Made by a program: the position numbers and the translations under genes
Shown: positions 44,315 to 53,477 of the stretch, piece after piece
Numbering within the stretch: the stretch's first letter is position 1
Layout of the letters: each line of letters opens with the position of its first letter
The notes under the pieces: generated by a model
What the model was told of the DNA's origin: nothing
Database searches by the model: none
Seen by the model: the letters and a program-made list of their open reading frames with translations, nothing else
Origin: a virus
Lineage: Duplodnaviria; Heunggongvirae; Uroviricota; Caudoviricetes
Reading direction: 5' to 3' (one strand)
DNA length: 56,493 nt
Virus record (IMG/VR): IMGVR_UViG_3300035208_001055
Span: 1 to 56,493 of that record

Positions 44315-44767
44315 TTATTTCAATCGTTGTGGTTTGCTGTAAATTCCTTGTCGAACCGCACGACGAACAAGTTGCAATGGTGACTGACTCTTGAAGCTGA
44401 GGGACCTGGATTTGAACCAGGAACGCACGGCTTCAAAGACCGTTGCTCTGCCAGTTGAGCTACCCCTCATTGTATCTGCGGCACACGGTTCGGTTGCATA
44501 CGTCTTGTAGTTCTTGCAAGTCGGGAACGTAATCATGTCCCCGTTGTGAAGAAGAATGCCGCCCGGAGCGCGTCCGTGTCCGCAGCAACAGGCTTTCGTA
44601 AGTAGGCCGGAATTATTAAGCATTCGGACGAATGGCGCTAGGCACTTATCGACAGGTTGCGATTGCCAATAACGCTTTCCAGTATATGAAATACCACAGA
44701 CAAAACAGTCAACTGTCTGATGACAACCGTGTTTCGTACCTGTGATCTCTGTTACTGCCATGTTCAT
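44315..44767 (-). CDS. Phage hypothetical protein (VDKCLAP..LN..G..T.ACCCGHG family) whose frame runs through tRNA-Gln
   Basis: Recalled motif; no stop codon before 44315. Confidence 0.65.
   Translation of the reverse strand: MNMAVTEITGTKHGCHQTVDCFVCGISYTGKRYWQSQPVDKCLAPFVRMLNNSGLLTKACCCGHGRAPGGILLHNGDMITFPTCKNYKTYATEPCAADTMRGSSTGRATVFEAVRSWFKSRSLSFKSQSPLQLVRRAVRQGIYSKPQRLK
44397..44469 (-). tRNA. tRNA-Gln (UUG), no CCA
   Basis: TGAGGGG/TCCCTCA-G (U1-A72, G73); ACGGT-CTTTGAA-GCCGT; CCTGG-TTCAAAT-CCAGG. Confidence 0.93.
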
Positions 44768-44781
44768 TTCCTCTTTTCAAG

Positions 44782-44864
44782 CTGGCGAGGCTGGACTCGA
44801 ACCAGCGACGGCTTTCGCACCGGATTAACAGTCCGGTCCCTGCTACCAACTCGGGTACTCGCCA
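44782..44864 (-). tRNA. tRNA-Asn (GUU) on a class II (Tyr-like) scaffold, no CCA
   Basis: TGGCGAG/CTCGCCA-G; 3-bp D stem CCC/GGG; CCGGA-CTGTTAA-TCCGG; 13-nt variable region TGCGAAAGCCGTC; GCTGG-TTCGAGT-CCAGC. Confidence 0.88.
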
Positions 44865-44877
44865 TTGATCGACGATC

Positions 44878-45423
44878 CTACTGGTACATCACAAACGGGG
44901 TCCTTGCTATGATCTTGAGATCGAGCCACAAGGACTGACCTTCGATGTATTGAAGGTCGAGTTTTGTTCGCTTCCGCATTTCTTTCCGACTGCCGATCTT
45001 CTTGCCGTGGTAGCCCGAGACCTGTGCTAGTCCGGTGATGCCAGGGCGCACAGTGTACCGTTCGGTCGGAAGATTGTAGGTGCAGTCAATGAATAAAGGA
45101 TACGGCCGGGGACCCGCGAGGGACATATTACCATACACTACATTCAGGAGTTGAGGCAATTCATCCAAAGAGAACTTGCGTAAAAGTCTCCCTACCCACG
45201 TCACTCGCGGGTCGTCTTCTTCAACTTGGGTGCAATGGTTTCCGACCGCCATTGTGCGGAACTTCAATAGGAGAAACCGCTCGCGGTTTCTTCCTATGCG
45301 ATACTGACGAAACAGCACAGGTCCTCTCGATGTCAACTTGACTACCACGGCAATCAAGAGCATGAGCGGCAACGTTGCGATGAGGAGTAGTGAACCGACA
45401 ACAAGATCGAATGCGCGTTTCAT
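44878..45423 (-). CDS. Priming sugar-1-phosphate transferase (Bac_transf; WcaJ/WbaP/PglC-like minimal form)
   Basis: KRAFD..., GPVLFRQ.RIG, KFRTM, DPRVT.VG..LRK.SLDELPQL.NV..GNMSLAGPRP, PGITGLAQV, D..YI...SLWLD.KI. Confidence 0.95.
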   Translation of the reverse strand: MKRAFDLVVGSLLLIATLPLMLLIAVVVKLTSRGPVLFRQYRIGRNRERFLLLKFRTMAVGNHCTQVEEDDPRVTWVGRLLRKFSLDELPQLLNVVYGNMSLAGPRPYPLFIDCTYNLPTERYTVRPGITGLAQVSGYHGKKIGSRKEMRKRTKLDLQYIEGQSLWLDLKIIARTPFVMYQ

Positions 45424-46027
45424 AGTGGTTTAGCCTTCAAGGTCAGTGGACAGTGTGCTCGAAAAAGACCGCCGTAAGTGTCGGCGTCTGCTTTCATGTT
45501 TCTTACGATCTCACCGATCTTTGTACGATCAGTGATTGACGACCGCAGCACTCGAACGACTTGTTCAGGACTGTAGGCATCGTTCTCGACGGCGGCACGG
45601 TAGATTTCTTCTGATATTTCGTCCATTATTATTGCCCTGTGACGGGGCCACTTGGAATGATCGGGGCACCACCTCGAAATCGCCAACAGCCTCGTGTTCC
45701 GATTGCGACTTTTGTTTCCTCGGCAGGATCGCCAATGACGGTGACTATCTTGACGTATTCTCCAACTCCGGGTTGATACCCTAAGTCTTCGACGACCTTG
45801 CATTTCTTCCCTTGGACTGTTATCATTTAGAATCCGAAATGCTTACGTGCCCAGTAAGTTGACGAGGGCGCACAATGCGCGTAGTTCATTGACAGCGGCG
45901 TTCTCAGCACCATTCGCATTTCGATGAAGTACCGCCAGTCTGCGTAAGTCAACTACTGTCTCTGTTGTCAGACGTGTTTGTGTCATAATTCGATTGTGAA
46001 TTTGTTGGGACTCTATGATGTCATCCA

Positions 46028-46771
46028 TTAGAACCCCAGTTGTTTCTTTGTCCATGTCTTCCCAAAGTAACCTCGCATGAAGATACGCAGATTTTCTGCG
46101 TCTGTATCTGTGTTTTCTCGTAGTGGCTTCAGTGCGTCTTTATTGATGAGGAAGAGAGTGCGCTCCCACATCCAACGTAGGAAGACTTTGGTGTTCTCGT
46201 CTGTTGATCTCGACGTGTACGGCACGCACGTCGAGTAGATCGCCATTTCCAACATGTAGCCAACGGTCTCACCTCGGGTGGCAATCTTCAACTTCTTGCG
46301 AGCAATCGACCCGTTCATGTACGAAGTCCACTCATCGAACAGGTAGGACGGCTGATAGTTCCAGTAGCCTTGCATTTGGATGCAATACGAGTTGTAGATG
46401 TTGCCACGCAGACTTGGTGGGACCTTCCGTGCCACGGCCGCGATTGTCGTGTTTGGTTCCGCAAGCAGGTAGGCGGTGTTATTCAACGTGTAGAAACCCG
46501 GCTTCCCGTACTTGTTGCGAACGAGGCTGTTCACCCCATGCGTGCCCTCGTGTGTCCAGCCGACCTTATCGCTGTCCTCTCGGTACGGATGGCCGGGATA
46601 GAGATGGCGTTCGACATCTGTGACCACGGGGCCGTAGTCGTGCGACGTTTGGCTAGGTGGGTATGTAACCCACTCACCTTGGGCCGTTGAGGCTGTCAAA
46701 AGTGTGGCCAAGGATAACAGAAGTGTTATAGTTCGCAACACGGTTCGCATCATGGTTCGCAACATGCTCAT
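46028..46771 (-). CDS. Secreted HExxH-motif protein (possible metallopeptidase)
   Basis: Signal-peptide-like N-terminus; WTHEGTHGVNS; LFDEWTSYMNG. Confidence 0.65.
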   Translation of the reverse strand: MSMLRTMMRTVLRTITLLLSLATLLTASTAQGEWVTYPPSQTSHDYGPVVTDVERHLYPGHPYREDSDKVGWTHEGTHGVNSLVRNKYGKPGFYTLNNTAYLLAEPNTTIAAVARKVPPSLRGNIYNSYCIQMQGYWNYQPSYLFDEWTSYMNGSIARKKLKIATRGETVGYMLEMAIYSTCVPYTSRSTDENTKVFLRWMWERTLFLINKDALKPLRENTDTDAENLRIFMRGYFGKTWTKKQLGF

Positions 46772-47730
46772 GGTTTGTAGTCGCTCGCGGGTTTGAGGGT
46801 TTCGATTCCTTGGACCTTGCCGCTCTTGTCGAAGTCAAGAATCAAGGCAGTCAAGTATTGTCGTACCTTCTCCATGCCTTTGAGGTTCAATGTGTCGATA
46901 GTATCCGTAGGTTCGTGATACTTGTCATGCAACCCGGTGAAAATCCAAACGGCTGGAATCCCTTTGTCTACAAATGGGGCTTGATCGCTGTCACGTCCAA
47001 TTGGAGAGTTGCTGCGGTATGAAATCGCACGTGCCCACGGGTACAGTTGGAACACACGAGAGAAACTTTCATCTGGCGTTAGTTCCACTTTTGCCGACAC
47101 GTGCCCGATCATATCGAGGTTAATCATAAAGACACATTGTTCCCTCATATTCTTGGCATAGTAGTTGGAACCAATCAGCCCTTCCTCCTCGCAGTCAAAG
47201 AAGACATGCTTGACAGTGTGCGTCAATTTTTGTTGACTCAGCGATTCTGCTAACAACAGATTTACGGCGGTTCCTGACGCATTATCATCGGCACCCGGTG
47301 TATTTGCTACACTATCAAAGTGGCTGCCGATGATGATTGTCTTCGGTGTCATTCCAGTACGTGTCCCGATGATGTTGGTACAGGTTCGTTTGACCAGCAT
47401 CGGTTGTGGTGGCGGACTGTTTATCTTATCACGTCGGGACCAAACGTAACTGTTACGTTGGAACGGTTGCCGAGTCACATTCAATTTGAGCGTCCGCATC
47501 TGTGTTTCGAGGTACGCTTGGACTTGTCGGTTGGCGACACTCCCATACTCGCGCGGCTTTGCGACTTGTTGCATCACAGTTTTCAATACCAGTGTCGGTT
47601 GCGCTGGTGTCGCAGGTTGAACCGGCAACGGCGCGACGAATGGCAACGTCATCGGTGTGTCGGGTGTCAGTATAAGACAGCATCCGACGAGTATGAGAAC
47701 AAGGGTCAAAGCGATGGTGCGGTTTTGCAT
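46768..47730 (-). CDS. M28-family Zn aminopeptidase, exported
   Basis: IGSHFDS, PGADDNASG, FDCEEEGLIGS, MINLDMIG, SDQAPF, YHEPTDT; N-terminal hydrophobic helix. Confidence 0.93.
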   Translation of the reverse strand: MQNRTIALTLVLILVGCCLILTPDTPMTLPFVAPLPVQPATPAQPTLVLKTVMQQVAKPREYGSVANRQVQAYLETQMRTLKLNVTRQPFQRNSYVWSRRDKINSPPPQPMLVKRTCTNIIGTRTGMTPKTIIIGSHFDSVANTPGADDNASGTAVNLLLAESLSQQKLTHTVKHVFFDCEEEGLIGSNYYAKNMREQCVFMINLDMIGHVSAKVELTPDESFSRVFQLYPWARAISYRSNSPIGRDSDQAPFVDKGIPAVWIFTGLHDKYHEPTDTIDTLNLKGMEKVRQYLTALILDFDKSGKVQGIETLKPASDYKP

Positions 47731-48083
47731 GGTGCTAAGTGGTTAGAGGTCATGGTGTCGTGCCCATCTTTCAAGATGCTCCACGTGGAATACATCCTCG
47801 GGCGACAGGTGCGTATTGATCCACTTGAGAATTTTATCGAGTGGAACATTACACTTTGTGTCTTCTACAAATACTTCTTGGACTGTGATTTCAGGCATGG
47901 GTACGTATGGTTCCCAGCCTTGAAGTTCATGGTAGCGCGTGCAAGCCTCGTCCCACGAGTCGGCGTGGATTTCCCAAATCACTTCCTTGCAGTCCGGGTC
48001 AATGGACCCATCAGCAAAATGCAATGGCTCACGCCCTGGCACCAGGGTATTCGCATAACCATCTTGACCCCAGGCAGTATAGA

Positions 48084-48614
48084 TCATTGTTTCTCGGTGA
48101 GGAAGGGTTGAAAGTACGCCTCGACCTTAGCAATCTCATGTGTTGGCTCATGCTCGGTTCCATCCGGCTCGACCACCACAAATGTTGGCACAGACGATTG
48201 ACCGTACTTGTTGATGATAGTCCGCCCTTCGGGCGTATCTACATCATAGCGAGTCACGGAGATACCGGCGGACTCGATCTTGTCAATCGTTGGTTTCGCT
48301 TGATGACAAGGAGTACACCATGTCGCCGTAATCGCAATCAGGCGGGGTCGTGGTCGTCGTGGCGTGACTTCCGGCGTCCTGGCATCCGGTGTTTTTGGCG
48401 CTGTCTTATTGAGATAAACAGGCAACGGTGCGATGGACGGTTGGATCGGTTGCAACTGTAGACTGACAATAATTGCCAGTGTGACACATACGAGTGTCGC
48501 AATGATTCGGGTCAGAAAAAACTTTGTGTTGTTCATCGGGTCCTCAACTTTTGTTGGCACTGGAACGTTAGATTGGCGGTAGTTGAGCAATGACGGCGTA
48601 CCAAAAGCGAACAA
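48084..48614 (-). CDS. Membrane-anchored thioredoxin-fold protein
   Basis: ATWCTPC, YDVD, VPTFVVV; N-terminal TM; start may be ATG of MNNTKFF. Confidence 0.88.
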   Translation of the reverse strand: MFAFGTPSLLNYRQSNVPVPTKVEDPMNNTKFFLTRIIATLVCVTLAIIVSLQLQPIQPSIAPLPVYLNKTAPKTPDARTPEVTPRRPRPRLIAITATWCTPCHQAKPTIDKIESAGISVTRYDVDTPEGRTIINKYGQSSVPTFVVVEPDGTEHEPTHEIAKVEAYFQPFLTEKQ

Positions 48615-48757
48615 TGTTGTACGGCCATGTCAACGGGGCAGCCCAATGAAAGGCAACAGTCCAACTGCTGGCAGCCAGACCACCGAGGTAGAACGTCGTG
48701 AGATACAAGAGAGCAGTCTTAACATATCGCATTAGCGACTCCTTTGTGTTGGTTTAA

Positions 48758-49393
48758 CTAACGGTTATCTCCATCCCCTTTAAGCACACCACGCCTCTTG
48801 CGACCGAACAACTTCTCCATATTATCGGCCGCGATCTGTGAAAGATTGGCACCGAGGCAGGTTGCTGTTTCAGCTACATACCACAAAGCATCGCCTAATT
48901 CTTTCAACATCGCCGCCCGGCGAACCGGAGTCACGATTCCATCGTCGTCACGTATGACTTTCTTCGCATGGTCAGCCACCTCGCCCGCCTCGCCCGCCAG
49001 TCCAAGGGCGGTGTATGAGATTCCGGCGTCCTCTGGATACACTGCAAGGGAGTGGGCAGCCTCTTGGTAGACATCGAAGTCGGAAAAGTCAGCGTTCCCA
49101 GGTGGTGTTGCTTCGTCCGCGCCAACTGGGTCCACAACATCAACATCTACAAGTTCCCATTCCTCATATTCACAATTACGTCGGCTCTCAAGAAGCCCGC
49201 GAATCGCTCGAATATCTCCGGCTCGTGCTTTCGCCAGATGTTTCTCATCTTCGTCTTCATAGCATTGGTCCCCGTCCAACATTCCGAAAAGAATCTTGAA
49301 GGCGGCGTCCCGGTGGGCAGCCGTATCCGCGAGCCAGTAAGACTGGTCGTGTTTTCCATAGTAGACGAGAACGTGTATTGTTTTGATTCTCAT
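48758..49393 (-). CDS. MazG-like NTP pyrophosphohydrolase fused to an N-terminal unknown domain
   Basis: YTALGLAGEAGEVAD..KK..RD, KELGDALWY, N.EKL..R..RG.LKGDGDNR. Confidence 0.9.
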   Translation of the reverse strand: MRIKTIHVLVYYGKHDQSYWLADTAAHRDAAFKILFGMLDGDQCYEDEDEKHLAKARAGDIRAIRGLLESRRNCEYEEWELVDVDVVDPVGADEATPPGNADFSDFDVYQEAAHSLAVYPEDAGISYTALGLAGEAGEVADHAKKVIRDDDGIVTPVRRAAMLKELGDALWYVAETATCLGANLSQIAADNMEKLFGRKRRGVLKGDGDNR

Positions 49394-49864
49394 TTCTTTG
49401 TTCCCACTGCAAAGTATGTTCCAATCCACCCACCAAGAGCGTAGGCTGCGACGGCTAAGGTATTTTTATCAACAATCAACAAGGTCGAGACAACCGTGCA
49501 GATGTAGAGCATGACAGAGAGATTCGCTGCGGCCAAGGCGCGGCGCGATTGGACACAGGAGACGCATTTCGTCCAGATAACATCCAATGCGAAACCGCAA
49601 CCGAAAGCAAACAGTAGAATAAAGAGGGTCGTTATCATGGTGTTTCGGGCGTTTCCGGCGTCTTTTGATAGGGCTTGAGCGTCAATGTAATCGACGGAAC
49701 CAATTCACCTTCCTCTGGCTCTCCATCAACATAGGTCAGCACAAGCATCCCGCCAATGTCGCCCTCACTTTCAAGATGACCTCGCATCTCAAGAAAGGTC
49801 CTGGCAAGTTTAGGACCATCAATTTCAGATGCGAATACGGCGTCGAGTGCTGATTGGTTGATTT

Positions 49865-50200
49865 TCATGCGACCGCTTGTTCATCACAGATTTCAGAAGG
49901 CTTGATCGGCGGATTCAATCGGTATTGCCACAGTCGTTTGGCCCCTGGAATTAGTATCTTTTCCCACGTCCACCCAAATTCCTTTAACACGGCTCGAACT
50001 TCTCGCCAACGCCGGTCTCCCTGCAAAGCAGGTCCATCTTCACCTGCGGCTTGGTGCATCTCTGGAACCGTATGCCACTGACAATCACGCATCAATTGCC
50101 AAATACGCAGACGGCCACCGGCAAGGTCTGACCGATCTCTAGTGGTCAGTCCTTCACCTAACTCAACGGTCCCGCGCGCTACAGCAGTTTCAAGGCTCAT
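49865..50200 (-). CDS. Winged-HTH phage protein
   Basis: LMRDCQWHTVPEM...RRWREVR...WQYRL. Confidence 0.55.
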   Translation of the reverse strand: MSLETAVARGTVELGEGLTTRDRSDLAGGRLRIWQLMRDCQWHTVPEMHQAAGEDGPALQGDRRWREVRAVLKEFGWTWEKILIPGAKRLWQYRLNPPIKPSEICDEQAVA

Positions 50201-50207
50201 TATGTTC

Positions 50208-51212
50208 TCACTTTCTGAAGTACATGGGTCGGGCGACATCGTTGAACCACTCACCGGTCTCGCCGCCATCCAATTTCTGACCGGCTGCCACCTCGTCAAG
50301 AACCTCACACCGAGCATCGCTATCTTCTTTGCTCATGTCATTGAAGAAGTGCCCGCTGATAATTCGGTCCCAAACGGAGTGGATGCGCTCCAACAGTTTG
50401 AGTTGATATTCTTTTCGGCAGAGCGCACGGTGGCGAGCGTAACGCAAGTCTGGCTTTACTCCTTCGCCCATACACTTCGACACGATCTCTTCGATACCGA
50501 GGACCACGTTCTCATCGCCCGGCGTCTCACCGAGAATCCAACTGTACAGGCAAAGTTGATCGGCATAGTCCGTACTGCACGTCTCAAGGAAACCTGCGTT
50601 GATCGTCAGACCGTGGAAATCGCGGGGCATGTACAGCGCGTGTTCCTTGCCATGACTCCGGCTTGGCTTGCTCTGGAATGTATCAAGGCACGTAGCATAA
50701 CCCTTGGAGGGACTTGTAGCATACTTGGAACAGTAGCCGCGAACCTTCCAGTCATACACGTTATCAAAGTCACCTTGTCCGAGGTTGAGAACAAACTGAC
50801 AGTCAGGTTTCCCCATAAAGGGCACCCCGTCGATTGCCCGCTCAATTCGGAACTCGAAACGTGGTGGTTTGATTGCCTTCTTCAACCAGAATAACAGATC
50901 GTTGTAGGCTCCACACACCTTATAGGCTTTGAAGACATGCTTCCCGGCCCGCAGTGCAAAGTCCCAATTCTGCTTCTCAACTTGAGACTCAAAAAGAGCG
51001 CTGAACTCGTAACGAGGGTCAGCACCACCGCCAAAAAGATCGTGATGAAGCGCTGCTTTCACGTAGGCGTCAAACGACGAACCCACTGCAAGCGGCGGGC
51101 CTTGTGGCGTCCGTGTCGGGGCGTTTGGCGACAAATACTGCGTGTAGAACTCTTCCGGGCTTTTTTCGCAGAGAGAAAAGGATGAATAACTGAGTGTCTT
51201 AGGGATTCGCAT
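50208..51212 (-). CDS. PD-(D/E)XK (RecB/Cas4-like) exonuclease
   Basis: LSYSS, GSSFD, GKPD, DWKV, QLCLY. Confidence 0.85.
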   Translation of the reverse strand: MRIPKTLSYSSFSLCEKSPEEFYTQYLSPNAPTRTPQGPPLAVGSSFDAYVKAALHHDLFGGGADPRYEFSALFESQVEKQNWDFALRAGKHVFKAYKVCGAYNDLLFWLKKAIKPPRFEFRIERAIDGVPFMGKPDCQFVLNLGQGDFDNVYDWKVRGYCSKYATSPSKGYATCLDTFQSKPSRSHGKEHALYMPRDFHGLTINAGFLETCSTDYADQLCLYSWILGETPGDENVVLGIEEIVSKCMGEGVKPDLRYARHRALCRKEYQLKLLERIHSVWDRIISGHFFNDMSKEDSDARCEVLDEVAAGQKLDGGETGEWFNDVARPMYFRK

Positions 51213-51630
51213 TTTCGATCTCCGCTTTTTCAAGGGGGACTTCGGTGGTCCCCAAGTCTGATCCGGTCCTAGCAAACGCATCGGCTACTGGCAATGGAAT
51301 AGTCTGCATCCGTGGCTGAAGAAGTCTCGATACAATAAGGTCTTGGCGCACGTGCGGCGGCAGTGAGGCAAGCAACTTGATCTTGTTGAGACAACATCGT
51401 TTGGCTTTCTTTCCGCTTCCACACGGGCAAAGTTCGTTGCGGCGTGGTGTTTTCTCACGTCGCAACACTGGCAAAACTCCTCGCCGCATTGGAATGGGAT
51501 TGGCATTGCGGGCGCGTGCCCCAACCGTTCCAGTGACACCCTGACTTCTGACGCCCGTATTGATTCCGGTTGGCCCCGTCAATCCCAGTGGTTTAGTTTC
51601 CATTGTCGATTCCGTTGTTGTTTCCATCAT
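51199..51630 (-). CDS. SEC-C motif protein
   Basis: RRNELCPCGSGKKAKRCC. Confidence 0.8.
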   Translation of the reverse strand: MMETTTESTMETKPLGLTGPTGINTGVRSQGVTGTVGARARNANPIPMRRGVLPVLRREKTPRRNELCPCGSGKKAKRCCLNKIKLLASLPPHVRQDLIVSRLLQPRMQTIPLPVADAFARTGSDLGTTEVPLEKAEIENANP

Positions 51631-51937
51631 CGTTGATCCTTTTCAAGTTTACAAGATAGTCACCACGCCGCAACTGTCGTTTCAAGTCGGCCGCGATCTC
51701 TTGTGCTCGCCGTTGTCCATACGTCAATTCTTTTCCCCACTCAATTTGATGCCAGATTCGTTCGTGGAAATAGAAGAGTATGAGTTTCACAAAGAAACTG
51801 ACGACAGCAAACGTGATACAGATGCCTAGACTGCCAAACATGCCAAGTGCCAGGACAAAGACAACAAGAGTCGAAAATGTTTCCCATGACGTGGCTTTTG
51901 CAATCGAACGACAATGTGTACTTGTGTCAGGTTTCAT
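51593..51937 (-). CDS. DUF2061-like membrane protein
   Basis: RSIAKATSW ... KLILFYFHERIW..I.WG. Confidence 0.8.
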   Translation of the reverse strand: MKPDTSTHCRSIAKATSWETFSTLVVFVLALGMFGSLGICITFAVVSFFVKLILFYFHERIWHQIEWGKELTYGQRRAQEIAADLKRQLRRGDYLVNLKRINDDGNNNGIDNGN

Positions 51938-52264
51938 TGTGTGAGGTCCTGTATTACAGGGTTACTTCCAATACTGTACCGATCAATCAAAGCAGAGAAA
52001 GATGACTCTGAATAGACAGCCGTGTCACCGATCTTTAGACGCCAAAGATTCTCTGACATCATTCCCATAGCCTCAATCAAGGCACAGGCGACTCTTGAAT
52101 TGACGTAAGCGGCTTTCTGTTCTTCTGTCATTGTTTCACCTGTGACGTATACCACTTCTCACTGTAGTCGTCAGCCCATCTCCACAGTCTATCTCCACAT
52201 GGCAACCATTTGAGTAGTTGCCAGTGTGTCTTGAGCCAGCGGACCCAACGGGGCAATCGTTTCA

Positions 52265-52804
52265 TTACTCTCCCGTGAAGTTGAAGAACATCCAACGGCG
52301 AAGTGTGTCAACATGGTCGTCGTGAGCGACATGACGCAAATAGGCAATGATTTCTTCCCACGTCGAGAAAATCAGTTGGTGCGGCAACGTTCCCATGAGC
52401 CAGTCCGGGCAATCGCGTTTTCCTTGCAGCACACGCACGAGGATCGGTTTCTTCATGCGATTTCCCCAAAACAATTCCTCATACGTTCCGCACGCATGAA
52501 TATCCATATCGAGACTGACGACCATGAAGTCGCAAACATCAACCATGCGTAGATCGACAGGGCGAATTTGCTTCATCTCCGCTCGCACGGATTCAAAGTC
52601 GCCCTTTTGCTTGCAGTGTCGGCGGTAGTCACGATTCTCCAAATCTTCGATTCCAATGTCGATTGGCTTGTTCGTCGGGTCGAGCCAGAGAATCTTGAGA
52701 TCGACGAGAGAGGATTTGATTTGCTCTCTCCACTCGATCCCACCGTCCTTTACGCGATCCATAGCGCCGCACAAATAACCTCTGTTGAAAGCTAATCGGT
52801 TCAT
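52265..52804 (-). CDS. Nucleoside 2-deoxyribosyltransferase / dNMP N-hydrolase-like protein
   Basis: YLCGAM, WRE, LDP, DL..VD.CD, GTYEE. Confidence 0.8.
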   Translation of the reverse strand: MNRLAFNRGYLCGAMDRVKDGGIEWREQIKSSLVDLKILWLDPTNKPIDIGIEDLENRDYRRHCKQKGDFESVRAEMKQIRPVDLRMVDVCDFMVVSLDMDIHACGTYEELFWGNRMKKPILVRVLQGKRDCPDWLMGTLPHQLIFSTWEEIIAYLRHVAHDDHVDTLRRWMFFNFTGE

Positions 52805-53463
52805 GGCAACAACTCCTTGTAACGAGAGGCACCGAGCCGCGTGCAGCCAAGATCAAGGTACTTAGCGACATCGTTGTAAGACGTAATGCCGCCGCTCGCC
52901 TTAACCTGTACCTTGGAGCCTTCAACAGCCTGCATCATAGCCTTGACAGCTTGCGGTGTGGCCCCGTGCAGGCCGAATCCGGTGGATGTTTTCACAAAGT
53001 CAACTCCGAGGTCCACACAGAGACGTGTGGCATAGTCGATTTGCTGCATTGTGTAGAAACAAGTTTCAAGAATCGCCTTGACAGCCACCGGCTTGCGTCC
53101 CAGTGTCGTATCATGTGCGTCCTTAATGATCGGCAATAATTCTTCTTCAAGAATTTGAATGTCGTCGTCCAAGAAACGCCCGTAGTTGATAACTACGTCG
53201 ATCTCTTCGACGCCGCAGTCCATCGCGGCAAGTGCCTCTTGATGTTTGATCTCGGCGGTTGTCGTGCCGTGCGGAAATCCGATCACGGCGCAAATTGGGG
53301 CACCGAATTTCTTCGCGTACTCCACGTAGGTCGGGGCGATACATACTGTGCGGATGTTGTTCGCACGGACCAACTCACAGGCAAAACGTATGTCTGTGTG
53401 AGAGGCCGTGGGCCTTAGCACCGCAAAGTCTAAGGCGTTCGCAATTTGTTGTGCGGTGTACAT
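52801..53463 (-). CDS. deoC: Deoxyribose-phosphate aldolase
   Basis: VIGFPHG, EIDVVIN, VKAILET, DFVKTSTGFG, VKASGGI, RLGAS. Confidence 0.96.
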   Translation of the reverse strand: MYTAQQIANALDFAVLRPTASHTDIRFACELVRANNIRTVCIAPTYVEYAKKFGAPICAVIGFPHGTTTAEIKHQEALAAMDCGVEEIDVVINYGRFLDDDIQILEEELLPIIKDAHDTTLGRKPVAVKAILETCFYTMQQIDYATRLCVDLGVDFVKTSTGFGLHGATPQAVKAMMQAVEGSKVQVKASGGITSYNDVAKYLDLGCTRLGASRYKELLP

Positions 53464-53477
53464 AGTAGACCTTCTTG

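Noticed and set aside
12640-50894. Long antisense ORFs (e.g. 12640-13344, 19753-20568, 47320-48111, 50142-50894)
   Set aside because: They shadow well-supported genes on the opposite strand and have no motifs
52140-52265. Frameshifted Trp-rich mini-ORF (..TIARWVRWLKTHWQ..) after the NDT-like gene
   Set aside because: The ATG at the upstream stop is out of frame by one base; a sequencing error, pseudogene and chance cannot be distinguished
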